Part shown: positions 1-9,682 of the stretch, in pieces | How the letters are laid out: each line of letters opens with the position of its first letter | Numbering within the stretch: position 1 is the first letter of the stretch | Assembly: GCA_963809475.1 (NCBI GenBank) | Contig: CAWEJS010000001.1 | Span: 80,570-144,569 of the forward strand | Direction: 5' to 3' | DNA from: an uncultured Acidobacteriota bacterium | Lineage (GTDB): Bacteria; Acidobacteriota; Vicinamibacteria; Vicinamibacterales; JAKQTR01 | DNA: 64,000 bases | Position numbers and translations under genes: made by a program | Notes under the pieces: model-generated | What the model was told of the DNA's origin: nothing | The model's database searches: none | The model's input: the letters and a program-made list of their open reading frames with translations, nothing else

Positions 1-1304
1 GTCCACGCGTCGTCGCCCGCGCCGGCGGCGCGCGCGTCTCGCAGGATGCCTTCCACGCACATCAGCACCGTCCCGAGCGGCGTGTTCAGCTCGTGGGAGA
101 ACCCGGACGCAAGAACGCCCAGCGAGGCCAGCCGGTGCGACTCCGCCATCCGGGCCTCGGCGGCGCGCCGCTCGGAGATGTCGCGCCAGACTTCAACCAC
201 CTGCACCAGCGCGCCTGAGGCGTCCAGGATGGGCGAGGCGTGCACTTCTTCCCATGACGCGCCGCCGTCCGGGCCGCGAAGCTCGCATATCCGCACCTGT
301 CGCTGGCCCGACTGCATGCAGCTCATCGTGGGACAGTCGCTCATCGTGCACATGCCGGGCCCGAGGTCCGTGCAACAGCACCCGAGCACCTGCTCGCGGA
401 ATTTCCCGGTGCGGCGCAGGAACGCCTCGTTGGCAGCGAGCACCCGCCTCTTGCCGTCGAGCACGACGATCCCGTCGTCGATGCTGTTGATGATGGTCTC
501 CAGGCGCTCCCGCTGCTGACGGACCTCGCCGAGCAATCCCGTGACCGAGTCTGCCATCGTGTTGAACTCGCGCGCCAGCCACGACATCGTGTCGGACCCC
601 TCGGCCGGCACGCGTTGAGCCAGATCGCCGCTGGCCATCTGGCGGGCCGTTGACTCGATCCGCTGCAGCCGGCGCACCACGACGAGGCGCACCACGAGCG
701 CGATGGCGCCGACCAGCATGAATGTCATGAGACCGCTGCCGGCGACCATCCACCGGGAGTCCCGGGCGATTGACGCGCGCACGTCGGTCACGTCAAGGTC
801 GAAGACCAGGATGCCGTTCACGCGCTGCTTCGGGTCGTGGCAGCGATGGCACCGTTCGTCGTTGCGGAACGGCACCATGGTGCGCAGCACGGTGCCCCCG
901 CTCGCGTCGATGACATGGCTCGACTCGCGCCGGTCGGCCGGGTACTGGTGACATGCCTGGCAGGTCGGCGATCCAATCTGAAGCTCGCGCGCCGGCGGTG
1001 GAGCACCGCTCGAGTAACGCACGCCGCCAAGCCGATCGAGCAAGAGCACGTTCTTGACGCGCGGCTGACGGCCGAACTCGTCAATCATCCGGCCGATCAG
1101 GCTGCGGTCCCGTTCCATCATCTGGTGCTCGAGCGCCGCCCGGATGAGCTCGCCCTGCGAGACACCCGCCTCGCGCGTCGTTTCGATCATGCTCGCGAAG
1201 TGATGGGACGAATAGAGATAGGCGGCCAGCGCAGCCGTCGCCGCCACCACCGCGGTGACGCCGAGAGCGAGGCTGACGGCGCTGCTTGGCAGACGCAGTT
1301 TCAT
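1..1304 (-). CDS. Sensor histidine kinase (periplasmic di-haem c sensor, HAMP, Cys-rich PAS, HisKA); 3' end runs off the window
   Basis: Not in the ORF track because its stop lies outside the window. Manual translation from ATG 1304 (MKLRLPSSAVSLALG...) gives a TM segment, CQACH and CHRCH, a second TM, HAMP (RRLQRIESTARQMASGDL...REFNTMA), PAS (IINSIDDGIVVLD...WRDISERR) and H-box SGFSHELNTPL. Confidence 0.9.
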   Translation of the reverse strand, partial: MKLRLPSSAVSLALGVTAVVAATAALAAYLYSSHHFASMIETTREAGVSQGELIRAALEHQMMERDRSLIGRMIDEFGRQPRVKNVLLLDRLGGVRYSSGAPPPARELQIGSPTCQACHQYPADRRESSHVIDASGGTVLRTMVPFRNDERCHRCHDPKQRVNGILVFDLDVTDVRASIARDSRWMVAGSGLMTFMLVGAIALVVRLVVVRRLQRIESTARQMASGDLAQRVPAEGSDTMSWLAREFNTMADSVTGLLGEVRQQRERLETIINSIDDGIVVLDGKRRVLAANEAFLRRTGKFREQVLGCCCTDLGPGMCTMSDCPTMSCMQSGQRQVRICELRGPDGGASWEEVHASPILDASGALVQVVEVWRDISERRAAEARMAESHRLASLGVLASGFSHELNTPLGTVLMCVEGILRDARAAGAGDDAW

Positions 1305-1365
1305 GCCAGGGCTTGAGTGAGGACCCGGAGCATCGTCGCAGACAGACGCCCGCGAGTCAAATGTC

Positions 1366-1402
1366 CTGCCATTTCGTCAGGCATGACCTGACAGCCTGGC
1401 AG
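1366..1402. promoter_or_regulatory. Dyad-symmetric site, candidate upstream activator (bEBP) binding sequence
   Basis: CTGCCA-N4-GTCAGG-N5-CCTGAC-N4-TGGCAG, about 60-100 bp upstream of a sigma54-like promoter. Confidence 0.55.
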
Positions 1403-1462
1403 ACGCTCTGGAAAACCAGGAGATGGGGCACGTTTCCAGCCGTGTTTCGCATGATCTCGCCC

Positions 1463-1478
1463 TGGCACCAATCCTGCT
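1463..1478 (+). promoter_or_regulatory. Sigma54 (-24/-12) promoter
   Basis: TGGCACCAATCCTGCT with exact GG-N10-GC spacing, 30 nt upstream of ATG 1508. Confidence 0.7.
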
Positions 1479-1507
1479 CCATCAGGCGTGCAAGAGGGAG
1501 ACCGCAG

Positions 1508-1855
1508 ATGGAAATGTTCTTGATGGCAGTCTGTTTGGCGTTCTTCGGCGTGGCCGTGAGCGCGATGGCCTTCGGGGCCGCGACGAGCGGGGTGCGGGAG
1601 CAGCAGGCCGCGACGCTCGACACCGAGGTCGACAAAGTCCTGGCCAGCATGCCCGAGCGGTTCTTCGCCCGTGACACCGCGCCGGCATTCAGCACGCCTC
1701 CGCCGGTCGTGAACGTGCCGCGCGTCCCGATCGAGGTATTCCTGGCGCAGATCGAGCGCCACGTCCGCCTTGAGCAAGCAGCGGCGGAGTCGTTCCTCCT
1801 CGACCCGACGGTGGAGTCGCTGCACGGCCGAACAACGTCTCCCCTCGTGCATTGA
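1508..1855 (+). CDS. Small hypothetical membrane protein
   Basis: RBS GAGGGAG, N-terminal hydrophobic helix MEMFLMAVCLAFFGVAVSAMAFGAA; first gene of the operon. Confidence 0.7.
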   Translation: MEMFLMAVCLAFFGVAVSAMAFGAATSGVREQQAATLDTEVDKVLASMPERFFARDTAPAFSTPPPVVNVPRVPIEVFLAQIERHVRLEQAAAESFLLDPTVESLHGRTTSPLVH

Positions 1856-1870
1856 TCGTCGGGGATCTTC

Positions 1871-2347
1871 ATGAACACGCTTCAAGCGGACCTTCTGACA
1901 GGCCTGACCGAGGCCCAGAGCGCGGAACTGCTGGCGCTCGGCGTCAGACGCCAGTATCCGACCGGCGCCGAGTTGTTTCCTCTCGGCGGCGAGGCAAGCC
2001 ACGTCTTCCTGATCGAGCGCGGCCGGGTCGCGCTCACGCTGCCCATGCAGGTACGAGGCCGGAAGCAGGACGTGATGGTCGAGGAGCGTGATGGGGGCCA
2101 GGTTGTGGGCTGGTCCGGCCTGATCCCTCCGCACCGGTTCACGCTCAAGGCGACCGCCCAACTGCAGACGGACGTGATCGCGCTGGAGCGGGAGGCCCTC
2201 CTGGCTCACTTCGCGAGGAACCCCGAGGTTGGGTATATCATCACGCGCAACGTCGCATCGGTGACCGGTCAGCGCCTGCAGATCTTCCAGGCCATGTGGC
2301 TGCGCGAGATGCAGCGCGTCATCGAGTTGGGCTACCCGCAAGGGTGA
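1871..2347 (+). CDS. Stand-alone cyclic nucleotide-binding (Crp/Fnr-type) domain protein
   Basis: LF..G......FLIERGRV, GQVVGWSGLIPP, ATA; no C-terminal HTH. Confidence 0.85.
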   Translation: MNTLQADLLTGLTEAQSAELLALGVRRQYPTGAELFPLGGEASHVFLIERGRVALTLPMQVRGRKQDVMVEERDGGQVVGWSGLIPPHRFTLKATAQLQTDVIALEREALLAHFARNPEVGYIITRNVASVTGQRLQIFQAMWLREMQRVIELGYPQG

Positions 2348-2351
2348 GACG

Positions 2352-2867
2352 ATGAGGTCGGCGCTCGTAGCAGCCTTGATCCTGGCGGCCTGGACGGCAG
2401 CCCCCGCGGGTGCCGGCCAGGCCCCGGCCGCGAAAGAACGCCCCGAAGTGCCGCCTCCTCCGTTTACCGATGGGATCTTCCCCTGCTCCGCGTGCCACGC
2501 CGGCATGCCGGTGAATCGCACGCGCCGGGAACTGACGGAGATGCACACCGACATCGTGCTGAAGCACGACACGGAGCACCGGTGGTGCCTCGACTGCCAC
2601 GACGCGGCCAATCGCGACCAGTTGCACCTGGCGAGCGGCGAGCCCGTTGCCTTCGAGCAGTCCTATCTGCTCTGCGGGCAGTGCCACGGCGAGAAGCTCA
2701 GGGACTGGCGGGCCGGGGTGCACGGCCGGCGCACGGGCGACTGGAACGGCCACAAACGCTACCTGCTGTGCGCCAATTGTCACAACCCGCATCAGCCGCG
2801 TTTCCGGGCGATCGAGCCGAAGCCCGCGCCGAAGAGGCCGGCGCCCCCCGGGAAGCAGGGCCGCTGA
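2352..2867 (+). CDS. Periplasmic tetrahaem cytochrome c
   Basis: Signal peptide; four CxxCH motifs (CSACH, CLDCH, CGQCH, CANCH). Confidence 0.9.
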   Translation: MRSALVAALILAAWTAAPAGAGQAPAAKERPEVPPPPFTDGIFPCSACHAGMPVNRTRRELTEMHTDIVLKHDTEHRWCLDCHDAANRDQLHLASGEPVAFEQSYLLCGQCHGEKLRDWRAGVHGRRTGDWNGHKRYLLCANCHNPHQPRFRAIEPKPAPKRPAPPGKQGR

Positions 2868-2877
2868 GGAGATCTGG

Positions 2878-3756
2878 ATGGACTCCGCGCCACGCACACC
2901 GAAGGTCAGCCGGCGGCAGTTCGCCTCGTGTGCGGCGGCTGCCGCGGCGGGTTGGCTCCTCACGGCGTGCGGCCCGCGGCGGCTGAAGGAGATGTCGCCG
3001 GCTCGGCTGAAGGAACTGCTGGCCGCAATGGAGCGGCAGTACTCGGCGAAGTACGGCAAGCCCGTCACGGTGGCGGGCACCGGAGCGATGGCGGGCGTCG
3101 AGTTCGCCTACGCGCTCGACTTGTCGCGGTGTATCGGGTGTCGCCGGTGCGTGTACGCGTGCGTCGACGAGAACAACCAGTCGCGCGATCCGCAGGTGCA
3201 CTGGATCAAAGTCTTCTCGATGGAGAAGTCGAAGGGCGTCGACTTCACCGACGCCGACCCGTACTACCAGCCGGCGGAAGTGCCCGAGGAGGGCCATTTC
3301 TATGTGCCGACCGCATGTCAGCAGTGCCGCAATCCGCCGTGCACCAAGGTGTGCCCGGTCGGCGCGACCTGGACGGAGCCCGATGGCATTGTCGTGATCG
3401 ACTACGACTGGTGCATCGGATGCCGCTACTGCATGGCGGCGTGTCCCTACGGCGCGCGGCACTTCAACTGGGGCGAACCGACGCTGTCGAAGGACCAGGT
3501 CAATCCCAACACCCACTACCTCGGCAACCGCCCTCGGCCCAAGGGCGTGGTCGAAAAGTGCACGTTCTGCATCCAGCGGACGCGGGCCGGCCGGTATCCC
3601 GCCTGCGTCGAGGTGTGCCCGGTCGGCGCGCGGAAGTTCGGGAACCTGCTCGACCCCGACAGCGAGATCCGCTACATCATCGAGCACAAGCGGGTGCTCG
3701 TGTTGAAAGAAGACCTCAATACGGTGCCGAGGTTCTTCTACTTCTACGCGACGTGA
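2878..3756 (+). CDS. NrfC/DsrO-like 4x[4Fe-4S] protein with Tat-like signal
   Basis: SRRQFA twin-arginine motif; CIGCRRCVYAC, CQQCRNPPCTKVCP, CIGCRYCMAACP, CTFC...CVEVCP. Confidence 0.9.
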   Translation: MDSAPRTPKVSRRQFASCAAAAAAGWLLTACGPRRLKEMSPARLKELLAAMERQYSAKYGKPVTVAGTGAMAGVEFAYALDLSRCIGCRRCVYACVDENNQSRDPQVHWIKVFSMEKSKGVDFTDADPYYQPAEVPEEGHFYVPTACQQCRNPPCTKVCPVGATWTEPDGIVVIDYDWCIGCRYCMAACPYGARHFNWGEPTLSKDQVNPNTHYLGNRPRPKGVVEKCTFCIQRTRAGRYPACVEVCPVGARKFGNLLDPDSEIRYIIEHKRVLVLKEDLNTVPRFFYFYAT

Positions 3757-3763
3757 GGCCCTC

Positions 3764-5008
3764 GTGAGAAGTGTCCGCCTCTTCCTGCAGTTCGTGCGCG
3801 GAAGCCTCACGCTGATCCTCCAGGGCAACCGCCAGTACTGGGCCTGGGTCGCGTTTCTTCTCCTGCTCATCGCGTCCGGCGCGAAGGCCTACACCGAGCA
3901 GTTGAGCGGCGGGTTGATCGTGACGGCGATGCGCGACCAGGTGAGCTGGGGCTTCTACATCGGCAACTTCACGTTCCTCGTGGGCGTGGCGGCCGCGGCG
4001 GTCGTGCTGGTCGTGCCGGCTTACGTCTACGACTGGAAACCGATCCGCGAGATTGTCATCTACGGCGAGCTTCTGGCGGTGAGCGCCATCCTGATGTGTC
4101 TGCTGTTCGTGACGGTGGATATCGGCCGGCCCGATCGCGTCTGGCACCTGGTGCCCGGCGCGGGACACCTCAACTTCCCCCAGTCGCTCCTGGCATGGGA
4201 CGTGCTGGTGCTGAACCTCTACTTCCTGGTCAATTTCATCGTCGTGACGCACATCCTGTACCGGACGTTCGTCGGGCGCCCGTACGAGAAGCGCCTCGTC
4301 GTGCCGCTGGTGCTGCTGTCGATTCCGATGGCCGTGGGCATCCACACCGTGACCGCGTTCCTGTACAACGGGCTCGCGGCGCGCCCGTACTGGAACTCGT
4401 CGATTCTCGCGCCGCAGTTTCTCGCCTCGGCATTCTGCTCGGGGCCGGCCATTCTGCTCGTCGTCGTGCAGCTTCTCCGGCGCTTCACGCGGTTCGAGAT
4501 CCAGGACCAGGCCATCTGGAAGATCGCCGAGTTGATGGCGTACGCGATGTTCCTGAACCTCTTCCTGCACGGCGCCGAGGCGTTCAAGGAGTACTACTCC
4601 AACACCGAGCACCTGCTCTACACGCGCTACTGGTTCCAGGGGCTCGGCGCACACCGGACGCTGGTGCCCTACGCGTGGACGGCCGTCACGCTGAACGTGC
4701 TGGCGTTCCTGCTGTTCATCGTTCCCGCGGCGCGCCGGAACGTGATCGCGCTCAACGTGGGCTGCCTGGCGACCTATGCCGGGTGCTACATCGACAAGGG
4801 CATGGGCCTGATCATCCCGGGCCTGACCCCGGACGTGCTGGGCGAGATCTACGAGTACGTGCCGTCGATGACCGAGTTGCGCGTCGCCTCCGGCGTGTTC
4901 GCCCTGGGCTTCCTGGTCTTCACCCTGATGCTGAAGGTTGCCGTCCCGATCTCGCTCAACGAGTTCACGCGCGACCCGCTCGCGAAAGCCCGTCAGCCCA
5001 TCCACTAA
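3764..5008 (+). CDS. nrfD: NrfD/PsrC/DsrP-family membrane quinol-interacting subunit
   Basis: VSWGFYIGNFTFLVGVAAAA, DIGRPDRVWH, multiple TM helices, follows the Fe-S subunit. Confidence 0.9.
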   Translation: MRSVRLFLQFVRGSLTLILQGNRQYWAWVAFLLLLIASGAKAYTEQLSGGLIVTAMRDQVSWGFYIGNFTFLVGVAAAAVVLVVPAYVYDWKPIREIVIYGELLAVSAILMCLLFVTVDIGRPDRVWHLVPGAGHLNFPQSLLAWDVLVLNLYFLVNFIVVTHILYRTFVGRPYEKRLVVPLVLLSIPMAVGIHTVTAFLYNGLAARPYWNSSILAPQFLASAFCSGPAILLVVVQLLRRFTRFEIQDQAIWKIAELMAYAMFLNLFLHGAEAFKEYYSNTEHLLYTRYWFQGLGAHRTLVPYAWTAVTLNVLAFLLFIVPAARRNVIALNVGCLATYAGCYIDKGMGLIIPGLTPDVLGEIYEYVPSMTELRVASGVFALGFLVFTLMLKVAVPISLNEFTRDPLAKARQPIH

Positions 5009-5125
5009 TCCCGGCTCCTGCGTCCGACGAGTGCCATCGCTTCTGTGCGCGGGCCACCTCCGGCTCCGCCGAAGCCGGGATACTATTAGCCGCGTCGTCT
5101 CCGCCGTGAGCGGCGCCGCACGAGC

Positions 5126-7465
5126 GTGACCGAAATGCTGCTGGAACTGACAGTGTGGATGGCGGTGTGGGGCGGGCCTGCGCCGCTGGCGCAGGCGCCG
5201 GCGTCGGCGTCTCCGCCCCTGTCTGCCTGCCGTATCAGCGGCACCGTCGTTGATGAGCGGAGCCGGGCCGGGGTGTCGGGCGCGTCCGTCGTGCTGCGAG
5301 CCGCCGCCCGCGCGGCCGGCGGACAGGGTCCGGCAACGGCGCCGTGCGCCGACGGGTGCGAGACGACCGCCGATGGCGACGGCCGGTTCGAGTTTACGGG
5401 CCTTCCGCCTGGCGTCTATGCGGTTGCGGCATCGGTCGCGGGCTTTGCCGAATCGACGCCGTCGGCGGTGACGCTGAACGGCCCGGGGTGCGCCGTCATC
5501 GCCGACATCCCGTACCGCCTGCAGATGCACGCGCAGGCGCGCGCCGAGATGCCGCGCGCGCTGGACGCGACGCCGATCGCCAGCCCCATCGCGCCGGCCC
5601 TCACGGGCGAGGCCATCGGTCTCACGCCGGGCGCGCTCGAGGACATGTCGCGCGCGTTCCAGGCGCAGCCGGGCGTCGCGGCCTCCCAGGACAACCGGAA
5701 CGACCTGCTCGTGCGCGGCGGCGGCGCCCTGGAGAACCAGACGCGCATCGACGGCTTCGACGTGCCGAACCCCAGCCACTTCGGCACCCAGGGCGGAAGC
5801 GGCGGCGCCCTGTCGATCCTGCCGCCGTCGCTCATCCAGCGCGGATCGCTCGAGATGAGCGGGTTCTCGGTGGCCTTCGGCGATCGCATGTCGTCCGTGG
5901 CGGACATCCGCCTGCGCCCGGGACGCCAGGATCGCGTGCACGCCACGCTCGGCGCGGGAATCGGCGGCATCATGGGCGTGGCGGAAGGCGCGCTGGGCTC
6001 ACGCGGGTCGTGGCTCGTCTCCGCCCGCCGCAGCTTCCTCGACGCCATCTTCCACGACCAGACGGGCGAGGTCATCCCCAGCTACGCCGACATGCTGGTG
6101 AAGGTGGACCGCCGCATCGGCTCGCGCCACGGGCTGATCGTCCTGGGCATCGGCACGAAGGACCACGCTTCGGCCCACGACGAGAAGGCCGGCAACGACG
6201 AAGTCCGGGGCGACGAGACCGTCGGCCTCGCGGGCGTGCGCGTCGACTCGGCGTGGTCGGCGCGAACCTCTTCGATCCTCGTCGCGAGCATCGGCACGAG
6301 CGAGGTGGACGCGAAGGCCGTCGACAACGCGATCGTGGACGGCATCGACCGCGGCCGCGACGTCGAATTCCGCGCGCGCGCGGACGTCCGCCGCAAGGAC
6401 ACGCCCGTTGGCGACGTGATGGTGGGCGCGGCGGTGAAGGCGTACCACTACGACTACGACCTGTACGTGAACGACTTGTGGACGCCCTACGAGACCGTCA
6501 ACCGCGACATCACGGCGCACGACCGCCGGTCGTTCACGGACGTGGCCGGGTACGCCGAGGTGGAGCGGGCGGTTCCGGGCAGGGGACGGCTGCTCGCCGG
6601 CATCAGGGTCGACCGCTGGGGCGCGGCGTCCGTCACGGCCGGGAGTCCGCGCCTGAAAGCCGAGTTCCTGCCCGCGCGCTTCCTGCGGGTCGTCGGGTAC
6701 TGGGGCCTCTACCGCCAGGGCGTGCCGTACATCTGGATGGCGAGCGCGCCGGTCAACCGCGGCCTCGCGCCCATCGCGTCGCGCCAGTTCGGCGGCGGAC
6801 TCGACGTGGAGCCGCGGCCCTGGCTGCGGCTGGCCGTCGAGGGCTTCGACAAGCGGTACCACAACTACCCCGTGGATCCCGCGATCCCGAGCCGGGTGCT
6901 GGTGAGTTCGTCCGCCGAGTTCGAGTCGCCCTACGTCGGCCCGCTCGTCAGTTCCGGGCAGGTGCACGCGTCCGGCGTCGATACCGTGGCGCAGTTCACG
7001 CCCGGCTCGACGTTTCAGATGGCTGCGAACTACTCCTACTGGCACGTTTCGCAGCTGGGCCTGGACCGCGTCTGGCGGTCGGCCGAGCACGAACTGCGGC
7101 ACCAGGCGCGGGTCGAGCTGCTCTACCGGCCGAACACGCGCTGGAGCGCGGGCATGCGCTGGCGCTACGCGAGCGGGCACCCGTACACGCCGTTCAGTGT
7201 CGCGCAGTCGATCAAGCGCGGTAGAGCGGTGTACGACCTCACGCAGATCAACGCGGCAGACTATCCGGCGTACACGCGCATCGACGTGCGCATGGATCGC
7301 TCGTTTCGCACGCGGTTCGCCTCGACCATGGCGTATCTGGAGGTGGACAACCTCACGAACCACGACAACGTGCTGATCTACAACTGGAGCCGGGCGCTCA
7401 AGGGGCCCAAGACGGTGTATCAGTGGGGACGGACGCTGATTGCGGGAGTGAGGGTGGAGTTCTAG
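5126..7465 (+). CDS. TonB-dependent receptor with N-terminal carboxypeptidase-regulatory-like domain
   Basis: Plug motifs (PGV...VRGG...EN...IDG..VPNPSHF, FGDRMSSV), beta-barrel, C-terminal Phe. Confidence 0.85.
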   Translation: MTEMLLELTVWMAVWGGPAPLAQAPASASPPLSACRISGTVVDERSRAGVSGASVVLRAAARAAGGQGPATAPCADGCETTADGDGRFEFTGLPPGVYAVAASVAGFAESTPSAVTLNGPGCAVIADIPYRLQMHAQARAEMPRALDATPIASPIAPALTGEAIGLTPGALEDMSRAFQAQPGVAASQDNRNDLLVRGGGALENQTRIDGFDVPNPSHFGTQGGSGGALSILPPSLIQRGSLEMSGFSVAFGDRMSSVADIRLRPGRQDRVHATLGAGIGGIMGVAEGALGSRGSWLVSARRSFLDAIFHDQTGEVIPSYADMLVKVDRRIGSRHGLIVLGIGTKDHASAHDEKAGNDEVRGDETVGLAGVRVDSAWSARTSSILVASIGTSEVDAKAVDNAIVDGIDRGRDVEFRARADVRRKDTPVGDVMVGAAVKAYHYDYDLYVNDLWTPYETVNRDITAHDRRSFTDVAGYAEVERAVPGRGRLLAGIRVDRWGAASVTAGSPRLKAEFLPARFLRVVGYWGLYRQGVPYIWMASAPVNRGLAPIASRQFGGGLDVEPRPWLRLAVEGFDKRYHNYPVDPAIPSRVLVSSSAEFESPYVGPLVSSGQVHASGVDTVAQFTPGSTFQMAANYSYWHVSQLGLDRVWRSAEHELRHQARVELLYRPNTRWSAGMRWRYASGHPYTPFSVAQSIKRGRAVYDLTQINAADYPAYTRIDVRMDRSFRTRFASTMAYLEVDNLTNHDNVLIYNWSRALKGPKTVYQWGRTLIAGVRVEF

Positions 7466-7534
7466 AAGCAAGAGACTGTCCAGCTGGCGCGGTGTCTAAC
7501 TGTCATGAATCCGAGTCCCGAGTGAGGAGGACCT

Positions 7535-9682
7535 ATGCGTAGAGTGCTGATCGTGGCCAGTGCGGTGGTGTTCTGCTTCGTGGCCACGGGCGTGGCGCAG
7601 CAGGCCGCGCCGCCCGCGAGTCCGGCTGCCGCGCGCGTGAGTGCGGCGCCAGTGGAGCCGGCCGCGGGCGACCGGCTGCCCATCAAGCGCGTCGTGCTCT
7701 ACAAGAACGGCGTCGGGTTCTTCGAGCACCTCGGGCGCGTCCGCGGCACACAACAGGTGTCGATCGACTTCACGAGCGGCCAGCTGAACGATGTGCTGAA
7801 GTCGCTGACGACGGTGGATCTCGGGAACGGGAAGGTGACCGGCATCAGCTTCAACTCGGACGATCCCGCCAACCGGAAGCTCGGCACCCTGTCGCTCCCG
7901 CTGGACGAAGAGACGTCGGCGCTGGCCTTTCTCGGCGCGCTGCGCGGCGCGCGCGTCGAGGTGCAATCCGGCGCGGGCCCAATCATCGGGCGCGTGCTGG
8001 CGGTGGAGCAGCGGATGCAGGGCGAAGGCGACCGCCAGGTTGCCGTCCGCGAGCTCGCACTCGTCACGGATGGCGGCGAGCTCCGCACGTTCGATGTGAC
8101 GCCGAAGCTGTCCGTCCGGCCGCTCGAAGGGGACGTGCGCGGCGACGTCCGCCGCTACCTCGACATCGTCGCGTCGACGCGGCAGCGCGACCTGCGGCGC
8201 ATGACGATCGCCTCCGCCGGAACCGGGGAGCGCCAGCTCTACGTGAGCTACATCAGCGAAGTGCCCGTGTGGAAGAGCACCTACCGGCTCGTCCTGCCGG
8301 CGAAGAGCGGAGACGCGCCAATCCTCCAGGGCTGGGCCATCGTGGACAACACGATTGGCGAGGACTGGACCAACGTCGAGTTGTCGCTGGTGGCCGGTTC
8401 GCCGCAGTCGTTCATCCAGCAGCTGTCGCAGCCCTTCTACGTGCGGCGGCCCACCGTCGCGCTGCCCTCGGGCGTGCAGCTCACGCCGCAGACGCACGAG
8501 GCGACGCTCCTGATGGAGAAGAGCGAGGCCGACGCGGCCCCGTCGGAGGACGCCGTCCGGGCGCCCAGGCAGCGGATGGCGCTGGCCGGCGGTGTCGCAG
8601 GCGGCGTGGTGGGCGGCGTCGTGGGCGGGATGCCGGGTGCGCCTGCGCCTCCGCCTCCTCCCTCCGAACTCGCCGCGGAGGCGATGTCGCGCGTGGAAGC
8701 CGCCGCGCAGGGGCGCGAACTCGGCGACCTGTTCGAGTACCGGCTGACAGAACCGGTCACGATCCGGAAGAACCAGTCCGCGCTCGTACCCATCATCAAC
8801 GCGCCGGTCCAGGCCGAGCGTGTATCGGTATGGAACGCGGCGGCCGGCCAGCGCCCGCGCAGCGCCGTGTGGCTTACGAACGCCACGCCGAACACGCTGG
8901 ACGGAGGAGCCGTCGCCGTCCTCGAGGCGGGCACGTTCACGGGCGAGGGCCTGCTCGACGCGGTGAAGCCCGGCGAGAAGCGGCTGCTCTCGTACGCCGC
9001 CGACCTGGCGCTGCTCGTCGACGTGAAGCAGGACCCGTCGGGCCCCGAGCGCGTCTCGAGCCTCCGCATCGCGCGCGGCGTGATGACGCTGAAGCGGGAG
9101 CTGCGCGAGAAGCGCACCTATAGCGTCCGCAACGAAGACAGCAAGCCGAGGACGCTGGTCGTCGAACACCCCAATCGCGCCGGGTGGACGCTGACGAGCG
9201 CCGTGAAACCAGACGAGACCGCGCCCAGTGTTTTCCGCTTCCGCCTCCAGGCGCCGCCGAAGGCCACGGCATCGCTGACCGTCGAGGAGACGCGCACGCT
9301 CGACTCGTCGTACCAGGTGACGAATCTCACCGACGATCAACTGGCGATGGTCGTGCGGCAGCGGGCACTGACGCCCGAGGCCGAGCAGGCGCTTCGCGCC
9401 GTCGTGGCGAAGAAGGGCGAGATCGCGGCCGTCAGCCGCGAGATCACGGACCTCCAGCGCGAGACGGAACGGATCTTCCAGGACCAGGAACGGCTGCGGG
9501 AGAACCTCAAGGCGCTGAAGGGCAGCGCCGAGGAGAAGTCCCTGGTCGCGCGTTACACGCGCCAGCTCGACGAGCAGGAAACCCGCCTCGACGCGATCCG
9601 GCGCGAGAGCGCGGACCGCGAGTCGAAACGCGCGAAACTTCAGGCGGAGCTGGAAGCGCTCGTGCAGGGACTGGCGTTCTGA
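7535..9682 (+). CDS. DUF4139-like secreted protein with C-terminal coiled coil
   Basis: RBS GAGGAGG; signal peptide; LPIKRVVLYKNGVGFFE, WKSTYRL, GWAIVDNT.GEDW..V.LSLVAG. Confidence 0.8.
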   Translation: MRRVLIVASAVVFCFVATGVAQQAAPPASPAAARVSAAPVEPAAGDRLPIKRVVLYKNGVGFFEHLGRVRGTQQVSIDFTSGQLNDVLKSLTTVDLGNGKVTGISFNSDDPANRKLGTLSLPLDEETSALAFLGALRGARVEVQSGAGPIIGRVLAVEQRMQGEGDRQVAVRELALVTDGGELRTFDVTPKLSVRPLEGDVRGDVRRYLDIVASTRQRDLRRMTIASAGTGERQLYVSYISEVPVWKSTYRLVLPAKSGDAPILQGWAIVDNTIGEDWTNVELSLVAGSPQSFIQQLSQPFYVRRPTVALPSGVQLTPQTHEATLLMEKSEADAAPSEDAVRAPRQRMALAGGVAGGVVGGVVGGMPGAPAPPPPPSELAAEAMSRVEAAAQGRELGDLFEYRLTEPVTIRKNQSALVPIINAPVQAERVSVWNAAAGQRPRSAVWLTNATPNTLDGGAVAVLEAGTFTGEGLLDAVKPGEKRLLSYAADLALLVDVKQDPSGPERVSSLRIARGVMTLKRELREKRTYSVRNEDSKPRTLVVEHPNRAGWTLTSAVKPDETAPSVFRFRLQAPPKATASLTVEETRTLDSSYQVTNLTDDQLAMVVRQRALTPEAEQALRAVVAKKGEIAAVSREITDLQRETERIFQDQERLRENLKALKGSAEEKSLVARYTRQLDEQETRLDAIRRESADRESKRAKLQAELEALVQGLAF

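Noticed and set aside
2878-5008. Evidence for dissimilatory sulfate reduction (DsrOP)
   Set aside because: No dsrM, dsrK, dsrJ or dsrAB in the window; NrfC/NrfD-family pairs serve many respiratory complexes
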